This document shows, piece by piece, positions 10,547 to 21,500 of a stretch of DNA of 64,000 bases (position 1 is the stretch's first letter; every line of letters begins with the position of its first letter). A model generated the notes under the pieces. It did not search any database. It saw nothing but the letters and a program-made list of their open reading frames with translations, and was not told the origin of the DNA. The stretch lies in assembly GCA_044892525.1 (NCBI GenBank), contig CM097886.1, positions 100,316,001 through 100,380,000 of the forward strand, read 5' to 3'. This DNA is from Schmidtea polychroa (Eukaryota). The position numbers were made by a program, and so were the translations under genes.

Positions 10547-11359
10547 TTTATAATAAATAAAATGGATGTACGAAGTCCAATAATTTGGAAACCAATTTTA
10601 AATAGACATAAATCTAAATTTAATAATAAAGTATTTCCTGATAATTTTAGATTATTAATTGTTGGATCTTCTGGATGTGGAAAGAATGTACTTGTTTTGA
10701 AAATGTTGCTTGAAGATGATTTTTTAGATTATAATAATTTAATCTTTTATTCTACAACTATAAACCAACCAGAATTACAACTTTTGAAATGTGGATTTGA
10801 AAATAAATTAACTAAAAAAGCAATAATTGATATTTTTAAAAATCAACATAGATGTCCTGAAGAAGTTTTTCACCCTTGTGATATGGTTGATTGGTATAAG
10901 GAAATGATTTTAGAATCAGATATTAGTAATAAAAATGATTACATCTGTGAAGAGGCGATTCAAGTTTTATTCTCTAATAAACCTGAAGATGTTTTACATT
11001 GTGATTTACTTCCTAAAGATAAAAAGAATCTAGTTATATTTGATGATGTTGTCAACATGAAAAATCAAGAGATCCAAAAGAGTTACTTTACAAGAAGAAG
11101 ACATAATAATTGTAATGTTATTTATATATCTCAAACTTATTATGCTTTAGATAAAAACTCTATAAGAAATAATTCTAATTGTTTTATATTTTTTAAATTA
11201 GATCGCCGTGATAAGAATATGATTTATAATGATTTATTTTCAAATGTTGAACCTGATAAGAATATGTTTGATATGTTTGTTGATAATCATTGGAGAGAAA
11301 AATATAATTATATTTATTTGGATAGAGAAGAAGCTGAAATATGGAAAAGTTTGTTTTAG
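10508..11359 (+). CDS. A32/FtsK-like packaging ATPase (probable start Met at 10562)
   Basis: Walker A GSSGCGKN, Walker B LVIFDD, TRRRHNNCNVIYISQ (RGRH in element 2), IRNNSN. Confidence 0.92.
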   Translation: MQRFFSRGTLRGHFIINKMDVRSPIIWKPILNRHKSKFNNKVFPDNFRLLIVGSSGCGKNVLVLKMLLEDDFLDYNNLIFYSTTINQPELQLLKCGFENKLTKKAIIDIFKNQHRCPEEVFHPCDMVDWYKEMILESDISNKNDYICEEAIQVLFSNKPEDVLHCDLLPKDKKNLVIFDDVVNMKNQEIQKSYFTRRRHNNCNVIYISQTYYALDKNSIRNNSNCFIFFKLDRRDKNMIYNDLFSNVEPDKNMFDMFVDNHWREKYNYIYLDREEAEIWKSLF

Positions 11360-12294
11360 AAATCTGTTTTCTGTAACTCATTATTATAAAATCTACCTAA
11401 TATTTTTTCATTATTTAAATCAATGATGCTATATGTTATTGGAGTTGTATAATTTATTTTATTTATAATAAAAATTTCATTTGTCCATTTTGCTGTGAAT
11501 CCTTTTTCAAATTTATTTTTATATTTAAATATTCTTACTCGGTCACCAATTTTAAACTTTGGTTTTTCAATAACATCATTTTCAATATTTACCACTTTAA
11601 TGGTTTCAGGATTTATGGAAGCATTTAAAGGTGTTGATTTTATAGAACTATGTACATCATTATTATATTCATTTACAATCTTTTGTAACAATTCATTGTT
11701 CCATTTTTGTTTTCCAATAGCCGTAAAATATTTCCACATTTTATTTTTTAATGTTCTATTTAATCTTTCAACCACAACTGCTTTTCCTTCGTTTTCTGTT
11801 GAATATAATTTAATATCATTTTCATTTAAAAACTTTGTAAAAACTTTGTTATAAAATTCTGTTCCTTTATCACTCCATAAATATTTTGGAATTCTTTGAT
11901 GTTCTTCAAATATATTTTCAAATGCTTCTGTAATGGAATATCCTGTTTTATTTTCTAAACATCTTGCAAAGGCAAATCTTGTATATAAATCTATTACAGT
12001 TAAAATTATTTTATATTTTTCAGGGTCTGATGATTTGGTTGGCATAAAGACTAAATCTGCAGACCATGTTTGATCTTTTTCATGTACTTGAACTTTTAAA
12101 TATTTTTTATTTTTTCTAAATTCATGGTGTAATTCGTTGGCATATTTTATTTGTGATTCTGTTGGGGTTAATAAACTAGTCTTGGATATATTCTCGAGGG
12201 ATCTTTCAGCATCTGCTTGTTCAATAATCTTTTTATTAGCAACATTTTTTGCCATCCTTGGTAAACTAGCACCTATGAAAATCTTACCTTTCAT
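11356..12294 (-). CDS. int: Polinton retroviral-like (rve) integrase
   Basis: DDE triad in WSADLVFM, WSDKGTEF and VVERLNRTLK; C-terminal KFKIGDRVRI...FEKGFTAKWT. Confidence 0.95.
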   Translation of the reverse strand: MKGKIFIGASLPRMAKNVANKKIIEQADAERSLENISKTSLLTPTESQIKYANELHHEFRKNKKYLKVQVHEKDQTWSADLVFMPTKSSDPEKYKIILTVIDLYTRFAFARCLENKTGYSITEAFENIFEEHQRIPKYLWSDKGTEFYNKVFTKFLNENDIKLYSTENEGKAVVVERLNRTLKNKMWKYFTAIGKQKWNNELLQKIVNEYNNDVHSSIKSTPLNASINPETIKVVNIENDVIEKPKFKIGDRVRIFKYKNKFEKGFTAKWTNEIFIINKINYTTPITYSIIDLNNEKILGRFYNNELQKTDF

Positions 12295-12555
12295 TGCTAA
12301 TTTAACTAGAGCTCTTTGAATCTTTTCTTGGGTTGATGGATTTTGGATACTATTTAAATCATGTATTAAATTAACATCTGCAACATGTCTATTTTATTAG
12401 CAACATCTTTTGCTTTCCTAGGAGGAAGTCCTAAGCCTATGAAAATCTTACCTTTCATTGCTAATTTAACTAGAGCTCTTTGAATCTTTTCTTGGGTTGA
12501 TGGATTTTGGATACTATTTAAATCATGTATTAAATTCACATCTGCAACATGTCTA
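12233..12555. repeat. ~160-bp tandem duplication separating PLA2 from integrase
   Basis: TTATTAGCAACAT recurs at 12234 and 12394. About 120 bp are near-identical and a ~30-bp segment differs. Confidence 0.85.
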
Positions 12556-12899
12556 TCTCTAAGATCTTCTGAATTGTAAGCAATATCATGTTTTAAAGCT
12601 GCTTGGTCGATTCTATTTATTGGTTCTTCTCCTTGTTTGGGATTATTATTTTCATCTAATCTAATATCTAATCTTGTTCCTGGTCCGGTATAGTTGTGTT
12701 TAAATAAATGTCTTTCACCTGGATATTTTTCTGTAGTAAAAGGTTTTAATATTGAAGATGTCACTTTTGAAGATTGTAGGTCGCCTCCGGCTCGTGGAAT
12801 CATGTCGCCTCCTATATGTTTTTTAGTTTTTAGATGACTTGCTTTATGATGTCTTGTAACTTGACAATTACAACTTTCACATCTCCAATAGAGAGACAT
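12366..12899 (-). CDS. Zinc finger plus parvovirus-type phospholipase A2 (PLA2X-like); probably once fused to integrase
   Basis: HNYTGPGT Ca-binding loop, INRIDQAALKHDIAY catalytic HD; N-terminal CESC...HLKTKKH. Confidence 0.9.
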   Translation of the reverse strand: MSLYWRCESCNCQVTRHHKASHLKTKKHIGGDMIPRAGGDLQSSKVTSSILKPFTTEKYPGERHLFKHNYTGPGTRLDIRLDENNNPKQGEEPINRIDQAALKHDIAYNSEDLRDRHVADVNLIHDLNSIQNPSTQEKIQRALVKLAMKGKIFIGLGLPPRKAKDVANKIDMLQMLI

Positions 12900-12916
12900 T
12901 TTAAAATGTTAAAATA

Positions 12917-14146
12917 TTAAGAATCTCCCCTAACATTTTCAATAATTGAAATCTTTCCACCATATAATTTCATTTCTATTTTCTTTTCTTCTAATATTAA
13001 TGTATATACTTTAGCTTTGAAATTAGAATCCTTTGTTACATGAAGTGTAACATCAACATTATTTATGGCTAGGCGATCATCTTGGTCTGAAACATTTATA
13101 CAAAATATAGAATATAAATTTTTGAAATCTTCTAAACTTAATTGCGGTTCAACTTTGAAATCATAACATGTTTCAATATAATTTAGATATGGGAATATGT
13201 TTTCATTATTTTCAATATTAAATTCCATTCTATTTATTGGATAATAAGAACTATTTAATTGAATTTGGATTGTTTTTAAATTATCAACTCCAATCTTTTG
13301 AATAAACAAGTTGTTATTTTTTTGGAAAGATGAATCTACTTCTTTGAATCCAATCAAGATATATCTTGGTCGGTATGCTAAATTTGCTACCTTTATAGAA
13401 TATGTTGAACCCTCTGTCATACTAAATTCACTACAGATTCTATTTAAATAATTTACATTTATAGACTTGTTGGAATTTAATCTTTCTAGGAGTTTGATTT
13501 CAGAATGTGGATTTAATGTCCATTCAGGTATATGCAATTCAAGTGTTGATAATTTTAATTTAGCTTTTGTATCTACAGCTCCATAGAGCAATCTTTTATC
13601 ATCTTCTACTCTATTACAGATGAATTCTATAAAAACATTATGAAGTATACGATTATAGTTTTGAAGGAATTCAAACAAGTGTTTTAATTCAAAATAACGT
13701 TCAAATTTTTTAGATTTATAAAGTTCAGCTCTTTTATAATAACCATGGTTTACATCTAAACCATCTTTATCTAAATCCCCTTTATTAGTGTCAGGAATCC
13801 AGCCTGTTAATTCACCATATTCGTTTTTATAATCACAACCAGTTAAAATAAAATTTAGCATTGTAGAATATACTCCCGGATGTAAAACAGTTTCAATTTC
13901 TGATGATCCTAGTTTTAATCTCATGTTGGAGAATAAATTTGGAAAGAAATTATTTTCTATGGTTATATCTTTGTTTGCTTCAATTTCTAATTCGATTTTA
14001 TAATATAATTTGGCATTACAAATATCTATAGGGTTTGATGTTTGAAGAGATTGAAAAACTATATCACCCCTACGATTTAAGTTTGCAATGGATCCTGAAG
14101 TTGGGGAGATTTTAAGTACATCGTTTTTCTTGATTTCATGGGTTCA
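12917..14146 (-). pseudogene. Major capsid protein (double jelly-roll type), 5' end disrupted
   Basis: The frame stays open upstream of the track ORF (KISPTSGSIANLNRRGDIVF...ENNFFPNLFSNMRLKLG). Also RPRYILIGF, IQLNSSYYP and LYSIFCINVSDQ. No in-frame ATG before the stop near 14147. Confidence 0.8.
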
Positions 14147-14326
14147 AATCCCATTTCGGTCATTTTTTTTCAAATTATTTTTAACGAAATATTGATCAGC
14201 ATACTCGATTTAGTACTTGTACAAATTTTTAAGGTGATTAGTCAACGGCAACTCTTGGAAATTTAAGATCAAAAACGTTTTAACTACCAAAAATTAATAT
14301 ATCCAATAAAAAAAATATTTATAAAA

Positions 14327-14596
14327 ATGGATGAGTTAAAAGAAAGAATAAGAAATGAATTGAATGAAGTTAAACATAAGAGAATGAAAAGAAGAGAAGA
14401 AGAACCATTAGAATACATCAAAGAGTTGATGGTAGATAATGAAAAGTATCGACATTTTTACATGAAAGCTGTAGAAGTTGCTGAGATAAGATTGAAGAAA
14501 ATGAAACAATTACAGGAAAGAGTTAAAGAACTTGAATCGATTATTTATAGTCTAAAAAATGAGAAAAATCCAAACCTAGATAGCGCAGTGGGCTAG
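14327..14596 (+). CDS. Small coiled-coil ORF of Polinton 1, unknown function
   Basis: 89-aa charged helical ORF with ATG in an AAAAATG context like the other element genes; ends inside the TIR. Confidence 0.45.
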   Translation: MDELKERIRNELNEVKHKRMKRREEEPLEYIKELMVDNEKYRHFYMKAVEVAEIRLKKMKQLQERVKELESIIYSLKNEKNPNLDSAVG

Positions 14597-14864
14597 ACTG
14601 GCACAGTGGTTCAAATGGATAGCGGTTCAAATCCTAACTGTGGTTAGTTTTTTTTTTTTAAAAATTTGAAAATAATAGTGTGGGTATCTTAGATTTATAT
14701 TTTATTTTATTTATTTTTATTTTATTTTATTTTATTTTATTTATTTTATTTATTTTATTTATTTTATTAATTATTTTATTTTTAAACATAAATATGAAAA
14801 AAAAATTATTGAAACGGGTGATGGTGGCGAACCGGTAATTAATTAAACTGTTGAGGGGACAGTG
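14565..14864 (-). repeat. Right TIR of Polinton 1
   Basis: Reverse complement of 1-14 plus 286-545; terminus CACTGTCCCCTC when read inward. Confidence 0.92.
14574..14659 (+). ncRNA. Putative Pol III tRNA-like small RNA cassette in right TIR
   Basis: A-box TAGCGCAGTGG 14581-14591, B-box GGTTCAAATCC 14624-14634, T12 terminator 14648-14659. Confidence 0.5.
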
Positions 14865-15150
14865 AAAAAAAAAAAAAAAAATACCACTGTCCCCTCATAG
14901 CAGTTTTACTATTTTTCATTTATTTTTTAATTTATATAATTTAAAATCAATAATCTGATAAAGATCAACTACGGAGTTTGATTGATCCCAAATAGCCCTC
15001 TAACCTTTTCATAATGCCATTTTCTTTTCTATTCTCTTTTTAGTTTGAAGCTTTTGAGTTTGAGGCTTTAAAGATTAAGCGTGGTTGTTGTTTAAAATAT
15101 GGGGTTAAAATACTATAAAAGCATAGGTTTTATGTTGTTTTTCTAATGGT

Positions 15151-15982
15151 TTAAGCGTAATGGAGGTATGTTTTTGTTGGGAGGGCTGTTTGGGTTAGGG
15201 CTATATACACACTACTTCTGCATCTCATCCCTTTTTCTATCCAAATAAATATAATTGTATTTTTTTTCCAATGATTAGCAACAAACACATCAAACATGTA
15301 CTTGTCAGGTTCAACATTTGAAAATAAATCACTATAAATCATATTCTTGTCACGCTTATCTAATTTAAAAAAGATGAAACAATTGGAGTTGTTTCTAATT
15401 GAATTTTTATCCAAGGCATAATAAGTTTGAGAGATGTAAATCACATTACAATTATTATGACGTCCTCGAGTAAAATAACTCTTTTGAATTTCTTGATTTT
15501 TCATATTTACAACATCATCAAATATAACTAGATTCTTTACATATTTGGAAAGAAAATCACAATGTACTACATCTTCGAGTTTTTTGAAAAATAAAACTTG
15601 TATTGATTCATCACTAATATAATCATTTTTATTAACAAGGTTTGATTCTAAAATATTTTCCTTATACCATTCAACCATATCACATGGATGATATACTTCT
15701 TTAGGACATCTGTATTGATTTTTAAAAATATCAATGATTGCTTTTTTAGTTAATTTATTTTCAAATCCACATTTCAAAAGTTGTAATTCTGGTTGGTTTA
15801 TAGTTGTAGAATAAAATATTAAATTATTATAATCTAAAAACCCTCCTCGAGTAACATTCTCAAAAGAAGTACATTCTTTCCACAACCCGAAGATCCAACA
15901 ATTAATAATCTAAATTATCAGGAAAAATTTTATGATTAAATTTACTTTTGTGTCGTGTTAAAATTGGATTCCAATTATCCAT
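15151..15982 (-). pseudogene. Packaging ATPase of element 2, frameshifted
   Basis: VGSSGCGKNVLL in a shifted frame, LVIFDD, TRGRHNNCNVIYISQ; highly similar to 10562-11359. Confidence 0.9.
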
Positions 15983-16034
15983 TTTATTTATAAAATTGCC
16001 AATTTTTGGAATTTTTATAATTTTTATTTATAAA

Positions 16035-16570
16035 ATGACGACTAAAGAATCTCAATTTAAATTAACCAATCCAACGGAAGAATCTCTAAAAGAATTAATC
16101 AATTCAAACAAAAATAAATCAGTAGTAATTGATGGCAAGAAATATTTTGTTACAAAAGACATCAAGGAGAAAGTTCAAGAGAAAATTAGTCAAGGTGGTA
16201 TTTTACCTTTGGCTGCTTTAATACCAGTAATCATTGCAGGTTTATCTGGTGCTGCTGGAATAGCTGAAGGAATTGCAACTACAGTTCAAAAATCTAAAGA
16301 CGCTCAAAAAACCGAATTAGAAAAACAAAAATTACAAAATGAAATTGATTCAATTCAAAAAAAGAAAGGAACATATACCTTAATCCTTACAAAGGTAGAG
16401 GTTTAAATGATTTTCTCAAAAATCAAGTTTCATCATCTGATTTATCCTCATAAGAAAAGGATAAATTAAAACAAGTGTGCAATTCTTTGAAAAATGGTTG
16501 TATTTGTAAATCGAAAGATGGACAAGGTTTATATTTGAATCCTTTTTTCAATCATAAACTTGAAACATAA
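16035..16570 (+). pseudogene. pX-like core protein of element 2, frameshifted
   Basis: GGILPLAALIPVIIAGLSGAAGIA; homolog of 9941-10546. Confidence 0.75.
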
Positions 16571-16637
16571 AATGGTACATACCATAAGATGGTATATAAA
16601 ATGGTTTTATTCATATACCATTTTTATAGTATATAAA

Positions 16638-17461
16638 ATGGTTAAGGAAGAAAGATTAGCTTTGTTAAAAAAATTATATGTTGAACAAAACAAGTATAAT
16701 AAAAAAGATTTGGCTCAACATAGTGAATCTATAATATTAAATGAATTAATGACAGAACAACAACAACCAATTCTTGATGCTTTGAAAGAATTAAAACCCA
16801 AAGAATTAGAATCTGGACATTTAAAACCCAAAGAATTAGAATCCGGAGATTTAGAAGAATTGAAGCAATTAGAGCAATTGAAATCTTAGGATTTGGAACC
16901 TGAAGATTTAGAAATAAATTCAAAACCATACAAAGTTGATACAACAATTAATAATAATTTACCTGCAACAATTAAACCAACTTCTATATTGATAAAGGAT
17001 ATCAAATTATAAGAATTAATAATCAAAGATTTGTATTGTATGAAAATAATAATGGTGAACCATATATTCATTCTGAAAATAGTTTCAACAGTCAACGTAT
17101 AAATATAGAATACACACAAGATTTGGATAAATTAATTAAAGGATATTCTTCAGATGATAAAAATGAAATTAAAAAATATTTAGGTTTAATAAAATTAGTG
17201 GGAGGTAGTCCTAAAGCAAAATATATAAAGAGCTTAAAAGATTGTTGTACTGTCAAAGAAGGAAAAGGAATGGGTTTTGTAACAAAACAGGATTCTATTA
17301 AAGGAAAGGATTTTATTAATCTTTTTATACAACTAAGAAAATTATTAGCAATAAAGAAAGCAGGTCATAATAATTTGAATGGTGATATTTTAAACATGTC
17401 TAAAAAATTATTAAAACATGGAATAATTTCACAAGATAAATTTAATAAATATACTCGTTAA
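16638..17461 (+). pseudogene. Conserved Polinton protein of element 2, with internal stops
   Basis: MVKEERLALLKKL...LRKLLAIKKAGHNNLNGDI; homolog of 9073-9918. Confidence 0.75.
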
Positions 17462-17527
17462 TAAATGATTATATTTAATAAATATACACTTTAAGTTTTA
17501 AAAATTTTCCAAAATTTTAAAAACAAA

Positions 17528-17979
17528 ATGAGCGAGTATTCAATATTGGATTTTTTAAAAACATTTGGAATTGATACAAAAACAAATTTTGATTTAAAAG
17601 ACTATGCAAATTATTTAAATTTACCAATTAAAATTTTGATGAATGATGAATTGCACAAGATTGGAAAAACTAAGAAAAATAATATAATAATCAATTATCA
17701 AAACTTGGATAAAAAGGATCTCATTGGGTTGGAGTTTATAATAAAACTCTATATTTTGATTCATATGGAATTAAACCTACAAAAGAAGTTGAAGAATATT
17801 TGAGACAAGAATACACTTGGAATACTCTACAGGTTCAACCTGACAACACTAAAATATGTGGAGTTTTGTGTTTATATGTTTTGTATAAATTAAATGTTGT
17901 TGATATAACGCTCATAAAACAAGAGTTTACAAATATAATCCAAGAAATCTATAATAATCTGGAAACTTTGTTATAATAA
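17528..17979 (+). pseudogene. Adenain-like protease of element 2, frameshifted
   Basis: GGATCTCATTGGGTT (GSHWV), YFDSYG, QVQPDNTKICGVL. Confidence 0.85.
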
Positions 17980-17995
17980 AATTTTACTAATAGAA

Positions 17996-18781
17996 ATGGA
18001 GTCAAGTTTGAAAAAAATGGAGAATATAATGTCTACAAAATATTCCATAACTTTATCAGTTAATTCCACCAATTCTAATTTTACTATATATTTTGAAAAC
18101 CCTATAAATTTAAAATCTGATTTAAATTATGAATTGGGCTTATTATGGTTTAGTTGTTACAACACAATTTTCAATATAAATAACAACAATAATAATTTAA
18201 TAATTTTAATAATTCACCACAAAAAAAGAAACAGGGCAAGAAAAAAATGTAACAATTGAACCAGGAGCATATGAATTAAAAGAATTAAATGCAATCGTTT
18301 AAAAAGAAACAAATGGAAATGTTGAAATCAAAATAGATTTACCAACTTCAAAATGTATATTGATGATAAAGAATATTCAAATTACTTTTGATTCTGCTAG
18401 TTTCTTTCATAATATTTTAGGTTTTGAAGTAAAGACATATGGATTATTTGAAGCAGGTGTACCTATAGAATTTAGAAAATCAAAACAAGAAACATCTAAA
18501 GAAATTATAAAAATAATAAATACAACTTCAATAAATATAGAGTGTGATTGTATTTCTGGTTCATATTGTAATGGACAAGAAACAAAAATCTTGTATTCTT
18601 TTCCCTCAAATACTGTAGGAATGGGATATAAAATTATTGAAAGAATGAACCCTCAAATTATTTACCCTTGTGTAGAAAATATTTAAGTAGTATTACTTTT
18701 AAAATTGTTGGTAGTGATGGTAAATTAATTGATTTTAATGGTGAAGAGATCTCAATGTATTTACATTTGAAAGAAGTCTAG
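17996..18781 (+). pseudogene. Minor capsid (penton-like) protein of element 2
   Basis: YELGLLWFSCYNTIFNI; INIECDCISGSYCNG..TKILYSFP; IDFNGEEISMYLHLK. Confidence 0.8.
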
Positions 18782-18828
18782 AGGTCTAAAAAAAGTTTGG
18801 AAAAATAAACAAGTTTAGACTATTAAAA

Positions 18829-19717
18829 ATGAGTTTTTATAATCCTTGTAATAAAACTGGTGGTACAATTGAAGGTGGATTGGATGTTGAACAAGTATTA
18901 TCTATTACAGAAAATAAATATATTAATGAAAAAGGTGATGGTATGAAGGGTGATTTAGACATGAATGGACACAAGATAAAAGAATTATCTTGGATAATTA
19001 ATGAAGGTGATGCAGTTAATAAAAAAACTGATGAAGGCGATGTAGTTGTTAAAAAATATATTGATTTAACAACAACAAGAATTGAAAGTTCATTAACAAC
19101 AAAATTTGATTCAACGGGAACTACGGTTAATGCCTTGATAGAATCCAAAGTTAATTCCTTGATGGAATCCAAGCTTAATAATATCGAACAGCGATTTAAT
19201 GATAAATTTAACAGATTACAAAGTCAGTTAACAGAACAAGTTGTAAAGTTAAATGCTGCCATATTAAATTCTACAGATAAAAAAATTATGGATACTAAAT
19301 CTAATGCAATATATAACACAATAAATGAGATAATTAGATCATTTAATAAAAGACTTTCAAATTTAGAGTCTCACTCAACACATATTAACCCTAGACACAT
19401 CATTAGAAAAGGGCTGCTGAATTACAAGAGAATCATGGAGCATTACCTGATACATATAAATATATAAATATATAACATACCCAATTTCAATAACAACAAA
19501 TAGTAAAGAATGGCCTGGTTTTATGATTGTAAAGATTATTGATCCATATTTCTTTTTATTTACTAATTTTAATAGTTCACTCGTACATTATATAGATTTA
19601 ATATTTTATGATGCTAACGAGGTTCGTAAAGCGTTGTCTGAGTTGTATAAAGATGTGCTCACATCAAGACCATGTGATATACGAGTGTTGATACCACACA
19701 GTAAAGTCTTGATTTAA
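18829..19717 (+). pseudogene. Fibre-like protein of element 2, frameshifted
   Basis: GDGMKGDLDMNGHKIKE; homolog of 6846-7823. Confidence 0.7.
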
Positions 19718-19763
19718 ATCTTGTTTTATTAATAAAAGTTTTTATATTATTAAAAGATATAAA

Positions 19764-20332
19764 ATGGAGGAGGTCAAAGAAGATAAAATTTATCCAGAAT
19801 TGAAATTTTTAAATCAAAATAAACATCCACCAGAACCTTCTGAATTAGAAGTTCTAAGAGTAAAAGAATTCAAATCTGAAAAATTTCATTTAGAAGATTT
19901 ATTAAAACATTATAAAAAAATTAAACATAAATGGAATAGAGCTGTTGGTTGTTCTTAAGGTCTTGCAACAACAATATTAACAATTATATTACCTGCAACT
20001 TTACCAGTACTAACACTTGTACCAATAATTCATGGGAGTATTTTAGTAGGAGATTTATTCTTGACTGAAGTTGTGTCTATATCATACACTTCAAAAAAGA
20101 AAAGTTTATATCGTGAAGTATGTTCAACAATAGATATTGGAACTGCAAAATTATTTTTATTTCAATTAAAAGCCATGGAAGATGGAGTCTTGACGAATGA
20201 TGAAATTTAAAATCCAATCAAATAATTCAAGAGATAAAAGATCAAGTTAACAAGTTAAAAAATGCAAATGTAATAACCCAAGGATATTCAAAATAAGATG
20301 CACGAGAGAAATGGTTAAAGAATGCTTTATAA
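19764..20332 (+). pseudogene. Membrane protein (GasderminX-like) of element 2, disrupted
   Basis: MEEVKEDKIYPEL...KHYKKIK..W; homolog of 6238-6837. Confidence 0.7.
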
Positions 20333-21500
20333 TTGAAGAAAATTGAAAAATTAAAATATAAAATGGGAGAAAATAAAATTGATGATTTTTTAAATAAAAT
20401 GAACAAAGTAAGTTTGGTTGATACTGATAAATTAAATTTATTTTTATTAAAAGATAAAGTTGTGCAATTCACAAAAATTAAAAGTGAAAATCCTAGCCTA
20501 AGACAACCTCAAATTTGTAAAAATGACTGGTACTTCATCTTCGACTAGGGGAAGAATACGAAATGATTTAGAAATGCCTTTACCTTATAGACATAAAGTT
20601 AGAGCAAAGAGACCTAGAAAATCAAGGGGAATTATAAATAGTAATAATACATTGAATAATCCAAGTAATAATATAAGGAAAATTAAATTAATTAATACTA
20701 TTCCTGGTAAAACATCTTTATGTAATCATTGTACTCGATATTTTAAATTCTGGTTTGGATAACATCAAGAATAATATTAAAGAGAAGTTAAAGAATCCTG
20801 GTAAACTTGGTATTCCTGAGAGTTTTTATTCTCCACCTAATAAAGTAAATGAAGGAATTGAAGAAGAAGAAGAAGAAGAAGATGGAAATATTGAAGAAAA
20901 GATTGATGTAGAATATTTGAAAAAACTATTAAAAAATAAAAAAAAACTATAAAAAATGGAAACAAATGTTATGGATTTGATAATTAATAATTCAACTGTT
21001 CAACAAGAAACAATAAAAAAAAACTTGTAGCCATCAATTGTGAGCAGGGACAATTACTTACAATATTCTATGATGAACTTATTGATAATAGTGAAACTAT
21101 TGATGTTTTAATAACTGAGAATAGTTTATTAAAACAAAAAGTGACGGAGATTGATAAAGAATTTAACAGAAATTTTAACAGAATTAAACAGAATTTAACA
21201 GAATTTATGCAGAAATTTGAAATTATACCAAAAATTAAGTTGACAAATGAAAGAAGTTATAGTGTTTTGAGAAAAAATATACAAAGCAAAATAGACTCAA
21301 TAAACAAACTAATATGAATATTATCTAGTTTCTCCAGAATCTTCTATTCTTTAATTATTTTTCTCAAATAATCCTTTCTTGGCATTTGATAAGGCATTTA
21401 TAATTGCATCTTCAGCATAATTCAATGATTGACATTTTAAATATTAAAAAATAAAGTTTTCATTATTTAATCCAAAAAAATTTATCACATGTATCATTAT

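Larger units (their letters stand above)
1..14864. mobile_element. Polinton/Maverick (adintovirus-like) element 1, near full length, decayed; left terminus about 6 bp outside the window
   Basis: Full gene set (pPolB, rve integrase, A32-like ATPase, adenain protease, MCP, minor capsid, PLA2) lies between long inverted repeats. The right end reads ...AACTGTTGAGGGGACAGTG (14864); window start CCCCTCAACAGTTT is its reverse complement minus the first 6 nt. Confidence 0.95.

Noticed and set aside
4269-12319. Short antisense ORFs within Polinton genes (for example 4269-4511, 5595-5807, 10356-10553, 11495-11854, 12137-12319)
   Set aside because: They lie wholly opposite well-supported genes and have no motifs.
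14574-14659. Calling the TIR cassette a functional tRNA
   Set aside because: Acceptor, D and T stems do not pair properly; only the promoter boxes and spacing are tRNA-like.
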